DNA of 64,000 nt from Octopus vulgaris (GCA_951406725.2 OX597814.1:100130001-100194000), one strand, 5' to 3'. Positions 14,184-27,953 are shown, counted from the stretch's first letter. Made by a program: numbers and translations. The notes: generated by a model from the sequence alone, not told the origin.

Positions 14184-14737
14184 GATGAAAAAATGTTAAT
14201 GATTATGATGATTTCTTTTGTCGTCGTTATTAGCGCAATTGCTATTATTGTTCAGAATAAGGATGGCGGTGATGAGACTGATCATGATGACAACGACGAA
14301 GAGGATGACGACGACGACGACGACGAGGAGGAGGATTTTGTTCATGACGATGTGTTGATGATGAGGCTGATGATGGTGATGTTCATAATAATGTTAATTT
14401 TATTTTTTTCTTTGCACATTTCAGCTGACAAATTTTCATAGAAAAAAAATAAAGTGTATTTGACATTTCGTGTATGTATTTTTACATGTTAATGTACACA
14501 GACGCATATGCACATAGTCACACTAACACATACACACACACGATATATATATAATATATATCATGTATGTATGTATATATATATGCCGTAAATCTTTCAT
14601 TATCTTTGGAATTTTGTTGTCTGTGTGTGTATGTTCGAATGCTGTCAAATGATTATTGTCAATTGTAGACTGTTGTGTCGTGAATTATTTTACTCGTTTA
14701 CACATAGACCTATATATATATATATAACAACATTGTT
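12700..14737 (-). other. Putative ~2 kb 3' UTR of Irx
   Basis: AU-rich sequence with no recognisable SINE, downstream of the stop. AATAAA on the minus strand at 12724-12719 is followed by a GU-rich tract (tgtgatgtcgtctgttgtttc). Other AATAAA hexamers lie nearer the stop, so the end is inferred only. Confidence 0.5.
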
Positions 14738-15708
14738 TCAGAAATATTTTGAAGCTTCTTTGGGGAATAGTCTGTTCCTCATGCCATCTATATCTCTGGC
14801 TGGTGAAAACAATCCTTTTTGTGAGCTAGCCAGTTTTTCGGCATTGTGTAAAAGTTCGACACTTGCTGCACTGTGCACCGCCGTAGCAGCTACACCAAGT
14901 GCAGTCTTTGAAGAGGTATGTGTTGATAGACTATAAGGATATGAGAGAGTTGTGTGAGACATAGAAATAGGATATGCGCTAAGAGCCCCATAACGTCCCC
15001 CATTCCATGTTTGACTAGCTGATTGTAGATAAAGATAACCCGGACTCGGGTGCAATCTGTTACCCGATGTAAAAACTGGCACGGTTTTTCCCACCGGAAC
15101 TCCACCGCTGGCGCCACCAACTGGACTACTACTACTGCTATTACTTTCGCTGCTGCTAGATGGAGAGTTCACGAGAAATTGCGAGACCGACCAGATTTTC
15201 GGTCGTACAGGCGATGAACTGTCCATGTCATTGCGAGATTGTGAATTAAGCTGATTGTTAGTAGTTCTGTTGCTGTTGCTGCTGCTGCTGTTGTTATTGT
15301 TGTTGCTGTTGGTGTTCTTGAGAGTTGAAATACGTCCGCTGGTATTGCTACTATTATTGTTATTGCTACTGCTGCCGCTGGTGCTGCTGCTACTGCTGTT
15401 GCCATTTACATTGCTATGTACATGACTGTTCGACGATGTCATGGAATGGCCCTCTTTTATTAGGTCGCTCTCTCGATTAGAGTCCGATAAAACGTCGATA
15501 GCCGGTGAGTGCGCGGCCATTATTGATATATTACCATCCATGGTAAGAAGAGCTTTGCTCGCGTGACCCAAACCTAAGGGGCGTCGGTCTTTAGTGGATG
15601 ATGAAACTAATTCGTCTTTCAGCACTGATGGGTCTTCTAAATCAGAATCTGCATCGGAATCATCCAATACTTTTCGGTGAGGTCTTTCGCCGTTGTCAAC
15701 AGTATGAC
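14738..15708 (-). CDS. Irx: Iroquois (Irx) last coding exon with Ser/Asn-rich tract, IRO box and stop codon
   Basis: Acceptor ccttattgcag|GT CAT ACT at 15709/15708 completes the phase-1 Gly codon from the homeobox exon. The frame is open to TGA at 14740-14738 and contains the IRO-box-like RPKIWSVSQFL (about 15172-15205). The three exons sum to 1458 nt, or 485 codons plus stop. Confidence 0.92.
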
Positions 15709-15840
15709 CTGCAATAAGGAAATAGAACGCAATCAATAGAATTGTGCGAAGGAAAAGGGACAAATAGACAACACGACCATATGTTCACATAAACATATAT
15801 GTATACACAATAATTTCCAAAATTCAAACAGAAATATAGC

Positions 15841-15961
15841 AAAGGAACAAACGGAAAATTCACACACAGAACTGAATATTGCTCATCGCTCGTAAATTGT
15901 CGTTCAGAAGGAGAAATGAGCAATATTCCGTCTTGTGTGTGAAATTCCCGTTTGTTCCTTT
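15841..15961. repeat. Intronic inverted repeat (46-bp arms, 29-nt loop)
   Basis: 15841-15886 versus the reverse complement of 15916-15961, 41/46 identical. Confidence 0.85.
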
Positions 15962-16954
15962 ATTGTGTTTCACTTAAAATTATTTTTTAATGTAATGCTA
16001 TGCACCATTCTTATTTTTTAACTATTGTATGGAAATAGATACACATAAAGGTATAAATAAATATTGCTATGTTTCAGAAGGGTCATATAATATTAAAACC
16101 TATAAACAACCCTTACCAGTTGTTGTTGCTATATTTTCTTTCTTCTCCCAACAGAGACAAACAACAACCAGTCTTAGTGATCGTAAGTTTCGATAATAAA
16201 GCGATTTGGCTTCCGATTCTGGCTTCAAGACAGTTTCAAAATTCTTACGAAACAAATAGAAACTCAGTGTGTGTATGTGTGTGTGTGTGTGTGCTCGCGC
16301 GTGCGTGTGCAAGTGCGTGTAAGCATGTACGTGCTTTGGAATATATATATGTGTGTGCGTGTGTGTGTACTTTTATAATATATACATTTGTATACCCACA
16401 TAGTTTGCTAGATAGCAACCTACCTACCTACCTAGATAGACAGAGAGACAGATAGATAGACAGACAAAATAGAATTGTGCAATCGAACAGTATGTAGTAT
16501 GTATGTATGTATGTATGTATGTATGTATGTATGTATGTATGTATGTATGTATGTGTATGTATGTATGTATGTATGTGTGTGTATGTATGTATGTATGTAT
16601 GTATGTATGTATGTATGTATGTATGTATGTATGTATGTATGTATGTATGTATGTATAAGGTCTGCAAACCTAACGAAGGCCTCAAAAGATATTTTGAGAT
16701 CCACAAAAATCAGAAATTAACTGTAGTTCTTGGTGGTCCAACCAGAAAATGCAATTTATGTGGGGGGGTCTTTTCAAAACATTGTCTGGTATAAAATGTC
16801 ACATCAGACGCCATTATAGAGTTTGACCACCTCCTGTAGGTACAGGAGGTGATCAAAATCTGTATAACGTATAGACAACCACTATGCATGTATGTATGTA
16901 CGTATGTTTTGTAATTCTCTATAATGTATTATCAATTAAAAAATTTCTCATCAC

Positions 16955-17331
16955 CTGGGCTGTGCACCCGTGGATTATCATCTCCATGGTCTTCTTTCTC
17001 AACTCCTGCAGTCGTTGCCGTTACTGATGCGTCTCCATTTTCTGATTCCTTGTTTTCTGTTTCTCCCTCACTATCTAAGTTATCGGTACTATCTTCAGAC
17101 CTATTGCGTGGCGACCATGTCATTTTGTTTTCTTTTTTCAGACGCCGCCGTGCATTTGCAAACCACGTGGAAACCTGTGTCAGTGTCATTTTAGTGATTA
17201 TAGCTAACATGATCTTCTCTCCTTTGGTTGGATATGGATTTTTGCGATGTTCGTAAAGCCATGCTTTTAAAGTATTTGTCGTTTCTCGAGTGGCGTTCTT
17301 CCGCCGAGCATTCAAATCTAATCCACCATAC
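16955..17331 (-). CDS. Irx: Iroquois (Irx) homeobox exon: TALE homeodomain plus acidic region
   Basis: Encodes [77 protein letters not shown], with the PYP TALE loop and the [13 protein letters not shown] Iroquois signature, followed by an acidic stretch. Acceptor tcttcag|G at 17332/17331, donor CCAG|gtgatg at 16955/16954, 377 nt. Confidence 0.97.
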
Positions 17332-17969
17332 CTGAAGACAGAAAATAAAAATAAAACGTGAAATATTACACTACAATAATATACTTTGTCAGTAAAAAAA
17401 ACAGATGACGAAACAAACCAATTTATTTCACAAAATTTTAGTCTGCTGCACATATGCAAGTATCATAAACGTCTAATTCTAATAGAAGATCATTTCTTCT
17501 ATTTAATATACATTTATTCATCAATATCTAACTATCTCACGCCTGCTCATTCTTTCACTATTATTTCTCAAATCGTCTGCTTGCATCGCACTGCAGCCCA
17601 GTTCATATTACACGCGTTTCTATACCATTTGTAATTTTATTTTGTGAGTTGCTAGGGTTTCGACGAACAAATATAAAATTATAGCCAAATACGTTCTGGT
17701 CCAGGATCACAAAATACGGATTTCTTTCCGACCACGTTAAACACACACAAAGACATAAGCACGCACATATGCATTTGTACATAACCTTATTATATGATAT
17801 ATATATATACATACATATGTACATATATACATATACATATCTATATATATATATCTGCGTACACACAGACATATACATACTTATATATGTATGAGGGTGG
17901 TTAAGTTGTTTGTATATGTGTGTATGCACAGATATATATACATATGCATACACGCATAAGATATTCTTT

Positions 17970-18168
17970 CATTCCTTTTTTATTCTTTTATTTGTTTCAG
18001 TCATTTGACTACGGCCATGCAGGTCGAGCAAATCGACCACAGGGCTAATTCTTAGTAAGCCTAGTACTTATTCTATCGGCCTCTCTTTCTGAACCGCTAG
18101 CTGACGGGGACGTAAACATACCACTATCGGTTGCCAAGCGATGTTGGAGGGACAAACACAGACATACA

Positions 18169-18175
<7 letters not shown>
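17970..18175 (-). mobile_element. 3' half of a family C SINE in an Irx intron
   Basis: Reverse complement of the tgtccc...catcgct...tttacgtccccgt...gatagaataagtactaggctt motif seen at 44220-44320. Confidence 0.75.
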
Positions 18176-18256
<81 letters not shown>

Positions 18257-18258
18257 CA

Positions 18259-18294
<36 letters not shown>

Positions 18295-18462
18295 TTATAT
18301 ACATGTATTATATATATAATTTCAGAGCAAAACAATTAAAATTCAAATGAATTCAAATTAATATGGTACTTAACTTAGATGCACCAGAATTCTTTATGGT
18401 ATTAACCATAAAATTATGTGGGGTGATTGTAACCAAGAAAAAGCAACAAGAATGAATCGGTA

Positions 18463-18499
<37 letters not shown>

Positions 18500-18559
18500 A
18501 ATATATGATTTACATATATGATTTATATATATAATATATATATATATGTAATATACATG

Positions 18560-18672
<113 letters not shown>

Positions 18673-19132
18673 TAAGCTTATATACATATATATATATATA
18701 TAGACTTAGTGTTAGATATATACATATATTCATCCACGATTTTAAACCTTGCAAACTTATATATGATTACAGGCTGGCATACCCTCCACAGATGCATACA
18801 TGGAAAGATACGTACACGTATATTCACACACGCACATATGTGTATTACGTGTGCGCGTAAACGAATATGCATGTGCGTACGTATGTGTGTGTGTGTGTGT
18901 GTGTGAGTGTGTATGTGTTTGCGGTGTGCACGTGTGCATGAATCTATATAATGGTATCGTTAAATAGCGGTATATAAACGCCAATAAAGACAAGCATATT
19001 GGAATGGAAAAATGGCAACTTTTGGCAGTTAAGTGCGTTAGGAGGAAAACGAGTTGTGTAGGAGGCGGGGAGAGAAGTAAACCCAGAAAGGAAAAACACG
19101 AAGAAATATATACAGCGAAATAAAACGATATA

Positions 19133-19190
<58 letters not shown>

Positions 19191-19869
19191 TATGTACACA
19201 CATACCCAGAGAAAGACATTGATTGGGCGAAAATATATAGCGATAGACAGATAGATAGGTAGATAGATAGATATATTGTTTATGGAAGCAGGACATGATA
19301 GAAATGCGAAACGCTAAAGCTAACAAGTTTGAAGGAGAATCTATAGACCTTAGTCGCTTAACGACGCATTAAATATGGTTTATGTTTGTCGACTTGAAGA
19401 AATGATAAGGATTCCACGCTTAGAATTTTTCGCTATCACAAGAATTTTATCAGCGCACGACAGCCTATTAAAGCCCTATGAAAGGATTCTCTTATGGATC
19501 CATAAGTAAAAAGACATGTTATTTTCTATTCGACAGCCGTTTTCAACACACACTGCTACACGCACTGACGCACGCGCGCACACAGGCACACACACGCGCG
19601 GGCATAAACATATATATATGTACACGTTTTCATACATATTTACATATTTGTATCTGAATACTCGCACTCAAGCATGTACACACACACACACACACATACA
19701 CACGCGCATACTGAGGTTGAGAATGAATGGAATGGAAAGAAAAAAAATAAAGGAAAAGAGAGATAAAAATAAGTAAAAGAAATTAAGCGAAAGGATTTCG
19801 TCTCAATTTATGGTCGACAGAGCGTGAATGGGGGAAGGAGAAAGAGGAGGAAGGGGACTGGGGGTAATA

Positions 19870-20100
19870 GGAGAAGAAGAAAAAGAAAGTAAGGAAGAAG
19901 AAGAGGAAGATGAAGAAGAAGATGAAGAAGAAGAAGAAGAAGAAGAAGAAGAAGAAGAAGAAGAAGAAGAAGAGGAGGAACAAGAGGAACAAGAAGAGGA
20001 AGGAGAAGATGATGATGATGATGAGAATGATGATGGTGATGATGTGGGAGTTGGTGGATGCGGTGGCGGTGGTGCCGGTGGCGGTGGCGTCGGTGAAGAT
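19870..20100 (+). repeat. Compound trinucleotide microsatellite (GAA/GAT/GGT)
   Basis: Directly visible. It produces the poly-E/K/S/F pseudo-ORFs. Confidence 0.9.
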
Positions 20101-21257
20101 TGCAAAAAACAAGAACGATATACAACAATAATAAAACTGATAATCAAGTTTTTATAAATAGGTTAAACCAATATTCTGAACGAGAACCGTACTCAAAAAA
20201 TTCCTTAAATTAATTGAATTTCCTCTCTTTATTAGAGAAAATAAACAAAGTCCTATTGGTAACTGTTAGCGACTCCCATGAGAAGGGGAGATAACTTAAA
20301 GAAATTTGGAAACAGTTTCCCAAAATTATATTTGCATAAGAATAAAAAGAGTTTGATCTTCGGATGCAAAGGAGAGCTAGGGATATATTTCGGTTCTTTG
20401 GTCCCCATGAGCGCAATGAAACCAAGATTGCTTAATGATAAATAAAATATTTACAAAAATTAACTTTTTGTTTCGTTTAATAAGTTGTAACATGTTGAAA
20501 TAAATTTAGTAATGAAATAATATTAAGAAAAAATAAATTTTATAAGAATTTGGGTAGTATTGGTTTCTATATTTAGTTATCCGCTAAAACTACATGACCC
20601 TAAATGCAAAACATGAATCCATTTTTCAAAATCTGGTCTTAGATAAGATTTGATCAATGATTCTCTCGAAACAGCCTCTGGGAGCAGCTTTTGTTACTGC
20701 TGCCTCGACTTTGCCTGCTTCTTTCTTTTTCCCACAGTTTTTTTTCTCTGGCCAAAAAGTATTCCATTCGTGTAATACTCGTATAACAAACGGGCTCTCT
20801 GCCCTGCCAACAGTGTGATGCATTCCAATCTGCTCTCATAAGGGGTACAAACAGAAGAATACATTCGGGATCTTCGGTATTATCAGAATCTACATTGCTA
20901 TACGGACGGCATCTATCCACAGGTTATTAATTATTACCTCCACATGTCCAACCTACCCGCACCGTGCCGCTTATGTGACGATATTCCTAGGGTCAGCAGC
21001 TGTAACAGTGTCTGGCAGTGACCCATATGTTAGATCAAGTAATAAACTGCAGCACCACATTATAGACAACAGCTACACGAGGATAAGAGTAATCATTCTA
21101 GAGTACGAAATATCATTTTGTTTTATGATTACACAAATCGGCAGAAATCCAAAAGATTTCATGCAAAAAACATTTAAGCAATGCAGCAGCCGTATTATTT
21201 ACACAGACTCAATTTGAAAAATTGTTTATTTAAATAATATCAGTTGTATGAACTTAC

Positions 21258-21367
21258 CCCGTCCCATACGGGTAAACTGCCATAGATGGGTCATAAGGGA
21301 AATAAGATGCTGGCTGTGTCAAAGAACGAAGTCCATCGGGACTGTCTTTTACTTCATAAGGTCCATT
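21258..21367 (-). CDS. Irx: Iroquois (Irx) homeobox gene, internal coding exon upstream of the homeobox
   Basis: Not in the ORF track; read by hand. Minus strand ctttcttccag|AATGGACCTTAT...GGGACGGG|gtaagt. The 110 nt encode NGPYEVKDSPDGLRSLTQPASYFPYDPSMAVYPYGT plus 2 nt. The phase-2 end joins exactly to the homeobox exon (GG|G TAT GGT). A Tyr/Pro-rich segment before the homeodomain is typical of Irx proteins. Confidence 0.88.
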
Positions 21368-22201
21368 CTGGAAGAAAGATAAAATTAAAATACATTAGAA
21401 TATTTGAATCACAAGCCTAAACAAATATTTCATGGCAAATATTGTCACATGTGGTTAACTATCAAAAGCATATTTATAGACATATGTTATTATGTATATG
21501 CATATATATGTATAGATTGCATGGTGTACTCTTACTTGTAATTTAAATGGGAAACATATTTGTGTGTGAGTGTTTGTATATGGATATGTATAGCATAGTA
21601 GTGATGCTAAGATAACTACATAACTGTTACTAAAAGTATCACCCATGAAGAGAAACCTAGGAGAATTGAAGACAAAGAACACTAAAACATTCAAAATCAG
21701 AAGGTAACGGAACATAACTTAATATCACAAAGAATTTGGGCTGAAGTTTTACCACAGTAGTATCTAGCTCTTAAAATTACCTTAAGGAAAAAGACATAAG
21801 CTGAAATATACATGATTTCCGCTAAAAATTTACCGCCAAATGTGCTATTTCCTGCCTTAATATCCATCTCATTAGCAGCTATTAATATAAGAGTTTAATT
21901 TACGCATTTATTACAGCTCCCTATGAAAAATACTATCTCACAACTTCTGATGATCTTTTACAATTTCAGAATTGCACACTCACATATACACAGAAACACG
22001 CATATATGTATATATATATATATATGCACTTACATAAGTACTCAGACACACATCACATACTCTTGTAGTACTAGTTAAACAAGGAGATAAAGTGAAATTG
22101 ACAATCTTCGTTCCAGTATCGTATTTTAGTAGACTACCTACGAACGCTGATTGTCAATTGTTTAGTAGCTCAATTAAAACTGATATGTACCGACACATTA
22201 A

Positions 22202-22289
<88 letters not shown>

Positions 22290-22479
22290 TTGAATTGAGG
22301 TTCTGTGATTTTGTAGATGAAAATACTGAAGCGCAGACAGACATTAAGCGTAGATAGAGAGCTAGTCAGAGAGATCGACAGACAAAGAGAGACATCAACG
22401 GATAGTGTCGTCGTTGTCGCGAATAACACTCGAAATCAAGGGTGACGGTCTTTGTTTTTTCTATTTTTTTTAATGCTTT

Positions 22480-22980
22480 TTGGTTAATTCTAAGGTGAGT
22501 GATGAGTCCAATTCTTGCTCGGAAGTTTCTTCCATGTGTGGTTCCAATGGAAGGCTCATTTTCAGTTGCTTGGTCTGTATCTTCTGCGCCTCCTCTTTTC
22601 CTCTTGTTCTGCAGTCCTATTGGTCTGAAATGTTGTTAGCTTCTCTTTGATGATGAATCTTCAGCGTTCTCGATCCTGAGCATTTCTCCTAGTTCTCCGT
22701 GTCAATATTACATTTCTTGAAGAAAGCGGCGAGCTTATAGAATCGTTAGCTCGCCGTGCAAAGTGCTTCGTGCTATTATAGTCCGTCTTTACGTTCCAAG
22801 TTCAAATTCCGCCGAGGACGGCTTTCATCTTTTCTGGAGTCGATGTAAAATCGAATTATCCCCTCCTCGAAATTGCTGGCTTTGTGCCAACATTTGAAAC
22901 CAATATTACGTTCCTTGAAGGTGCCTTTCAGGGCATCTTTGAACCTTTTTCTGCCGCCCTCCTTTTTCTTTTAGTTGAGA
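22480..22980 (-). mobile_element. Decayed RTE-clade LINE 3' fragment interrupted by a SINE
   Basis: After removing the SINE, minus-strand frames read KRFKDALKGTFKERNIDTEN*E...AQDRER*RFII...EEKRRRRR...GRNFRARIGLITHLR, which resembles the C-terminus of RTE ORFs. It contains stops and frameshifts. Confidence 0.75.
22723..22900 (+). mobile_element. Head-D SINE with 20-bp TSD
   Basis: caatattacatttcttgaag (22703-22722) versus caatattacgttccttgaag (22901-22920), 18/20 identical. Confidence 0.85.
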
Positions 22981-23135
22981 CATAGCCAGATATATAGATT
23001 GATTGACTGAGAGATAGACAAACAAACAGACTAACAGAAAGTCAAAGAGAAATACAGACAGACACAGAGAGACAGATAGTTAGATACATAAATAGATAGA
23101 TAGGTAGATTGACAAACAGAAAGATTGATAGAGCA

Positions 23136-23204
<69 letters not shown>

Positions 23205-24053
23205 AAAGAGACACAGAGAGATAGACAAAGTAACAGAAAGGTAGACAGACAGATAGATTGATAGATAGATACGTACGTATCTATACGTATGTATCTATAG
23301 GAATACATACATATATACAGGCTTACACACATATATACATATGTGTATGCACGAATATATGCATATGCATATGAATGTTGTTACAGAGAGAAATGCATAT
23401 TAGGTATTACAAAAGGGAGGAAGAGAACTCAATGCGTAACGCAAAGTCTACATAATCTTTTGATAAAAGGTTATATATAAATATATACGTGCGTGCGCGC
23501 ATGTAGAATCATTTAGTAAAAAGAGAGTGTAAAATGTATGTCTGTGTGTTTATGCAACTACGAGTGAGTGAGTATGTGCTGAAGTGTGTTCGTGTGCGTT
23601 ACACACATACAACACCGCTTTTTAAATATATTTATTCATTGTGATGAGCCAACTCTGTAAGGAAGAAGAATAACAAATTAGCCAGTTATCATGTAGAGAG
23701 GTGTAAGGAAAAAACAACAACATGAGTGAAGGCAATATAGCAATGAATATCATCCAAAACAAACATGGTGTCTTCTTTTATGTTACTACTCACCACATAA
23801 CATATTCATAATTGTGCTAACAGCTGAGATGATAGCCAAACCGAGACAACTATTAATTCGTCTTTAATGACTATGCGAGTGAATGTTCTTATGAAAATAT
23901 GTATATGAATATAAACATACGTATACATACATATATGCATACATACATATATATACGTCATAAATACGTAAAATATACATATACATATTTAATATGTATA
24001 TTACATATATATCATATAAATATATCAATGTGTACTTATATAAACATACATTC

Positions 24054-24088
<35 letters not shown>

Positions 24089-24123
24089 TGTGTGTATAGA
24101 TATATATGTATATATATTGTGTG

Positions 24124-24184
<61 letters not shown>

Positions 24185-24734
24185 ACGTATATATATATAT
24201 ATATATACATATTTTTATATTCTTTTATGCGTCTCAGCCCAAAGGCTGTGGCCATGCAAGGACATATATATATATATATATATGTGTGTGTGTCTGTGTG
24301 TCTGTGTGTATGCGTATATGTATATGTATTATTTTTATCTCCAGAAAGTTAGAAAACTGACTCAAGAGCCGAGAGTTTCGTGTAAATTACTTATCAAACT
24401 GACCAAATTACTATATATGTATATATGAATGTGTTTTGACGCAAAACTATATGCACATACACACACACACACACACATAAATACACACACACTGATATAC
24501 ACACATATTACCACGCATGCAGGGGTATAAATTTAGCTTTATGAATATCTACGCGTGTGTGCTGGTGTATTTTTCTATCCGTACTTTCTTGCACGTGCAC
24601 TTTACCAACTTCATTATTAATATAGTTGTTTTCTCATCCTCAATTCTAAGTAACCACACCTCAACCCACATCGATGTAATAATACGTCCTTGTAATGTTC
24701 CCTCATTAATGGCAAATAACTATAACTGTATCGT

Positions 24735-24814
<80 letters not shown>

Positions 24815-24929
24815 TTACTACTACTACTACTACTGATAACAACAACAATAATTATAATATGATGCAATACTAGCGCTCATAGTTTCTGATCTTAACTGAT
24901 TGGAAGTGTTATCATGTACATTGTTTTGT

Positions 24930-25880
24930 CTTGGTATAAAAAATGGGCTACAGCAAATATTCTGCTCAATTCCACAGATTTGCTTGTCAGTTGTTTGACT
25001 ATATAACCAGTTGAGCATGTCCGTTGGTGGCTGGTAATATGTCCATCTCTGATCACAAGCAGAAGTAGCCGGAGAACATCATAGCCATGTGTTGAGAGGA
25101 ATTCTTTGGGGTTTGAATAATTCACCTCTGAAAACATGGATGTTTTGTTCATCAGCCTTAAATAAGCCTTATTAAGGGACCTTTTGAGAGGGATGGGCTT
25201 CTCAACTTGAAGACAATTCTATCTTGACCTCCATCTGCAAGGTCATAAGATGTGGTTGCGATGCATATGCCAGGTGTACTCCTGTTGAACGGGTAGTCAT
25301 AATAGGTTTATAGAGCTTCGTATAACTGTACCCCAGAGTCACTTTGATGGCATGCGCTTCTCTCTTACTCAATAATAAGGATAATCATACTTGTTTCAAA
25401 TTTTGGCATCAGACCAGTAATTTGTGGGTAGGGAGTAAGTCGTCTGTATCGATCCCAGTATTTAACTGGTACTTATTTTATTGACCACGAAAGGATAAAA
25501 GGTGAAGTCGATATCAGCGGAATATGAATAGGCGTAAGGCCTGAAATTTGGCAGGGGTTGGGGTTGAGAGGAATTCTTTGGAGTTTGAATAATTCACCTC
25601 TGAAAACAAGGGTATTTCGTTCAACATCCTTAAACAACTCTTACTCAAGGAACTTTTGAGCGGAATGGGCTATTCGACTTGACAAAAATTTAACAGGGTC
25701 CCACCTTAAACGTCATGCGCTGTTATCTTGAAATGAGATCACCATGTTGCGCACATATGATTGTGATACATGTGCCTGGTGTACCCTTATCAGACGGGTA
25801 GTCATGATGGATTTATTTGGTTTCGTATATTTTACTCCAGTGTCACTTTGATGACTTGCACTGCTCTAAAACAATAACAA
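24930..25880 (+). repeat. Two diverged copies of an interspersed repeat (~25090-25375 and ~25563-25875) separated by a head-D SINE fragment
   Basis: Both copies share gttgagaggaattctttgg(g/a)gtttgaataattcacctctgaaaaca...acgggtagtcat...gtcactttgatg and end in aat-rich tails. Confidence 0.7.
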
Positions 25881-26334
25881 TATATTTTCTTTTTCACGAA
25901 ACTAACAGCGTTTGGAGTGACAAAATAGTAATGTTAACAAACAGAATGCTTTACATAGCTTCCCGAGTTGATTTTTGTCTCATATAATTGCTGGGTTGGC
26001 AATTATAAAAAATAAGTGCAAGTAAAATGAATAAAAAATAAGTGCAAGTAAAATGCTAAGTTTAATGTAATCCCACGAACCACTTGGTTTAGCTAATTTG
26101 TTAGAAAATATCATGACGAATTTATGAAAATAAAATAGTAATAATAATGTCTTAAATTGGTATGAGGGTCCAAGATCATTGAGAACAATATTTGAAAGGA
26201 GAAATATATCGGAAAATAACAAACGTGTTACATTAAGGTGTGTGGGTTAGTTATTTTAAGTTAAAAATCTATGACGAACGTTAACAATAAAGGAAAAAAC
26301 TACTAGTGCAACCGCCACCACCACCACCACCACC

Positions 26335-26369
<35 letters not shown>

Positions 26370-26639
26370 AACAACAAATGCTGCTGCTGCTGCTGCTGCT
26401 GCTTATAATGATAAGAATAACTGTTTCTTTATTTGCTACGAGGACTCCAGACATAGTAAAAGATTACAAATTTCGGGACACAACTAATGTAAGATTATAC
26501 ATTTTTTGTACTGGCCTTGAAGTCATTTAGACTCACTTTTGTACTATTGGTGAGCTGGTATAAAGGCAGTGAGCTGGAAGAATCGTTGGCATGCTGGACA
26601 CAAAGACTAGTGATAATTTTTCCGTCCAAAATTCGAAAC

Positions 26640-26673
<34 letters not shown>

Positions 26674-27387
26674 GTTGTTGTTGTTGTTGTTGTTGTTGTT
26701 AACATTATATAATTCCGCTCATTTATTTGTACTGGTTTTGCACAGCCAATACAAATAATTGTATTATGCATAGAAATGGAATTGCCACATGAGAAATCCA
26801 ACAGTGAAATGTTTCAACCGAAGGAATATGATCCATGTTTCAACATTCGAGTGAAAGCTAAATGCAGCGAACAAGAAGAGGACATGTAGTCAAACGTTTA
26901 TAGCAAAGTGTTACCGTGCATCCTTTGTACACCTCCAGTAATTCTAAAAAAACTAATCAGTAGGACACGATATGTGATAATGATAAGGCTTTTAAATTTC
27001 AGGTACACCATATCGTGGGGCTTCTACAGAAATTCACTAAGAAGTTTTGAGACGAATTTCGGATTTGAGAAAACTTGCATAAAAACGACGATATGTAGTG
27101 AGTCAAAATAGGACCTCAGGAATGTTGAGTGAAAGAATCAACGCTCACCTTAATATAGGTGTATATAACTCACGTTAGAACTGAGAGACACACTAGTAAC
27201 ACTCCTACAGATGTGATACTCTACACGTGGAAAAAAAAATTAAGATAAACGTCGAGCTTCCGCTTAAGCAGTTCCGTTCTGCGTACAATATAATTTCAAT
27301 GTAATTAGACAAAAATGCCAACACATGTGGAAGAGATTATACACGTATACATATATGTATGTATGTACATACACATACACACACACA

Positions 27388-27448
<61 letters not shown>

Positions 27449-27521
27449 TTATATATATACATTTATATACAAGTTTATACACGTATACACACATATATAC
27501 ATGCATATATATTTAAACATG

Positions 27522-27563
<42 letters not shown>

Positions 27564-27577
27564 TATATATGTGTATA

Positions 27578-27625
<48 letters not shown>

Positions 27626-27663
27626 ATTTCTCTTGTATGAAACACTAGTCCTGTAGAAGCTCC

Positions 27664-27736
<73 letters not shown>

Positions 27737-27747
27737 TATCAAGAGAA

Positions 27748-27829
<82 letters not shown>

Positions 27830-27953
27830 AATATATATATACATAAATATATATATATATATATAATATTATATTTCTATATATTTTTATACACATCTAA
27901 TCTAAGAACAGGCATATAAATATATATATTTGACTTTGTATATATGTGCGTGT

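Noticed and set aside
15709-15763. Signal-peptide-like N-terminus (MSLFLRTILLIAFYFLIA) of the 341-aa ORF
   Set aside because: It is the intronic polypyrimidine tract read in frame. The real exon starts at the acceptor at 15708.
17332-17459. N-terminal extension of the 175-aa homeobox ORF
   Set aside because: Intron sequence upstream of the tcttcag acceptor. The exon at 21367-21258 supplies the in-phase upstream sequence.
19828-20157. Acidic poly-Glu ORF
   Set aside because: (GAA)n compound microsatellite, antisense within an Irx intron.
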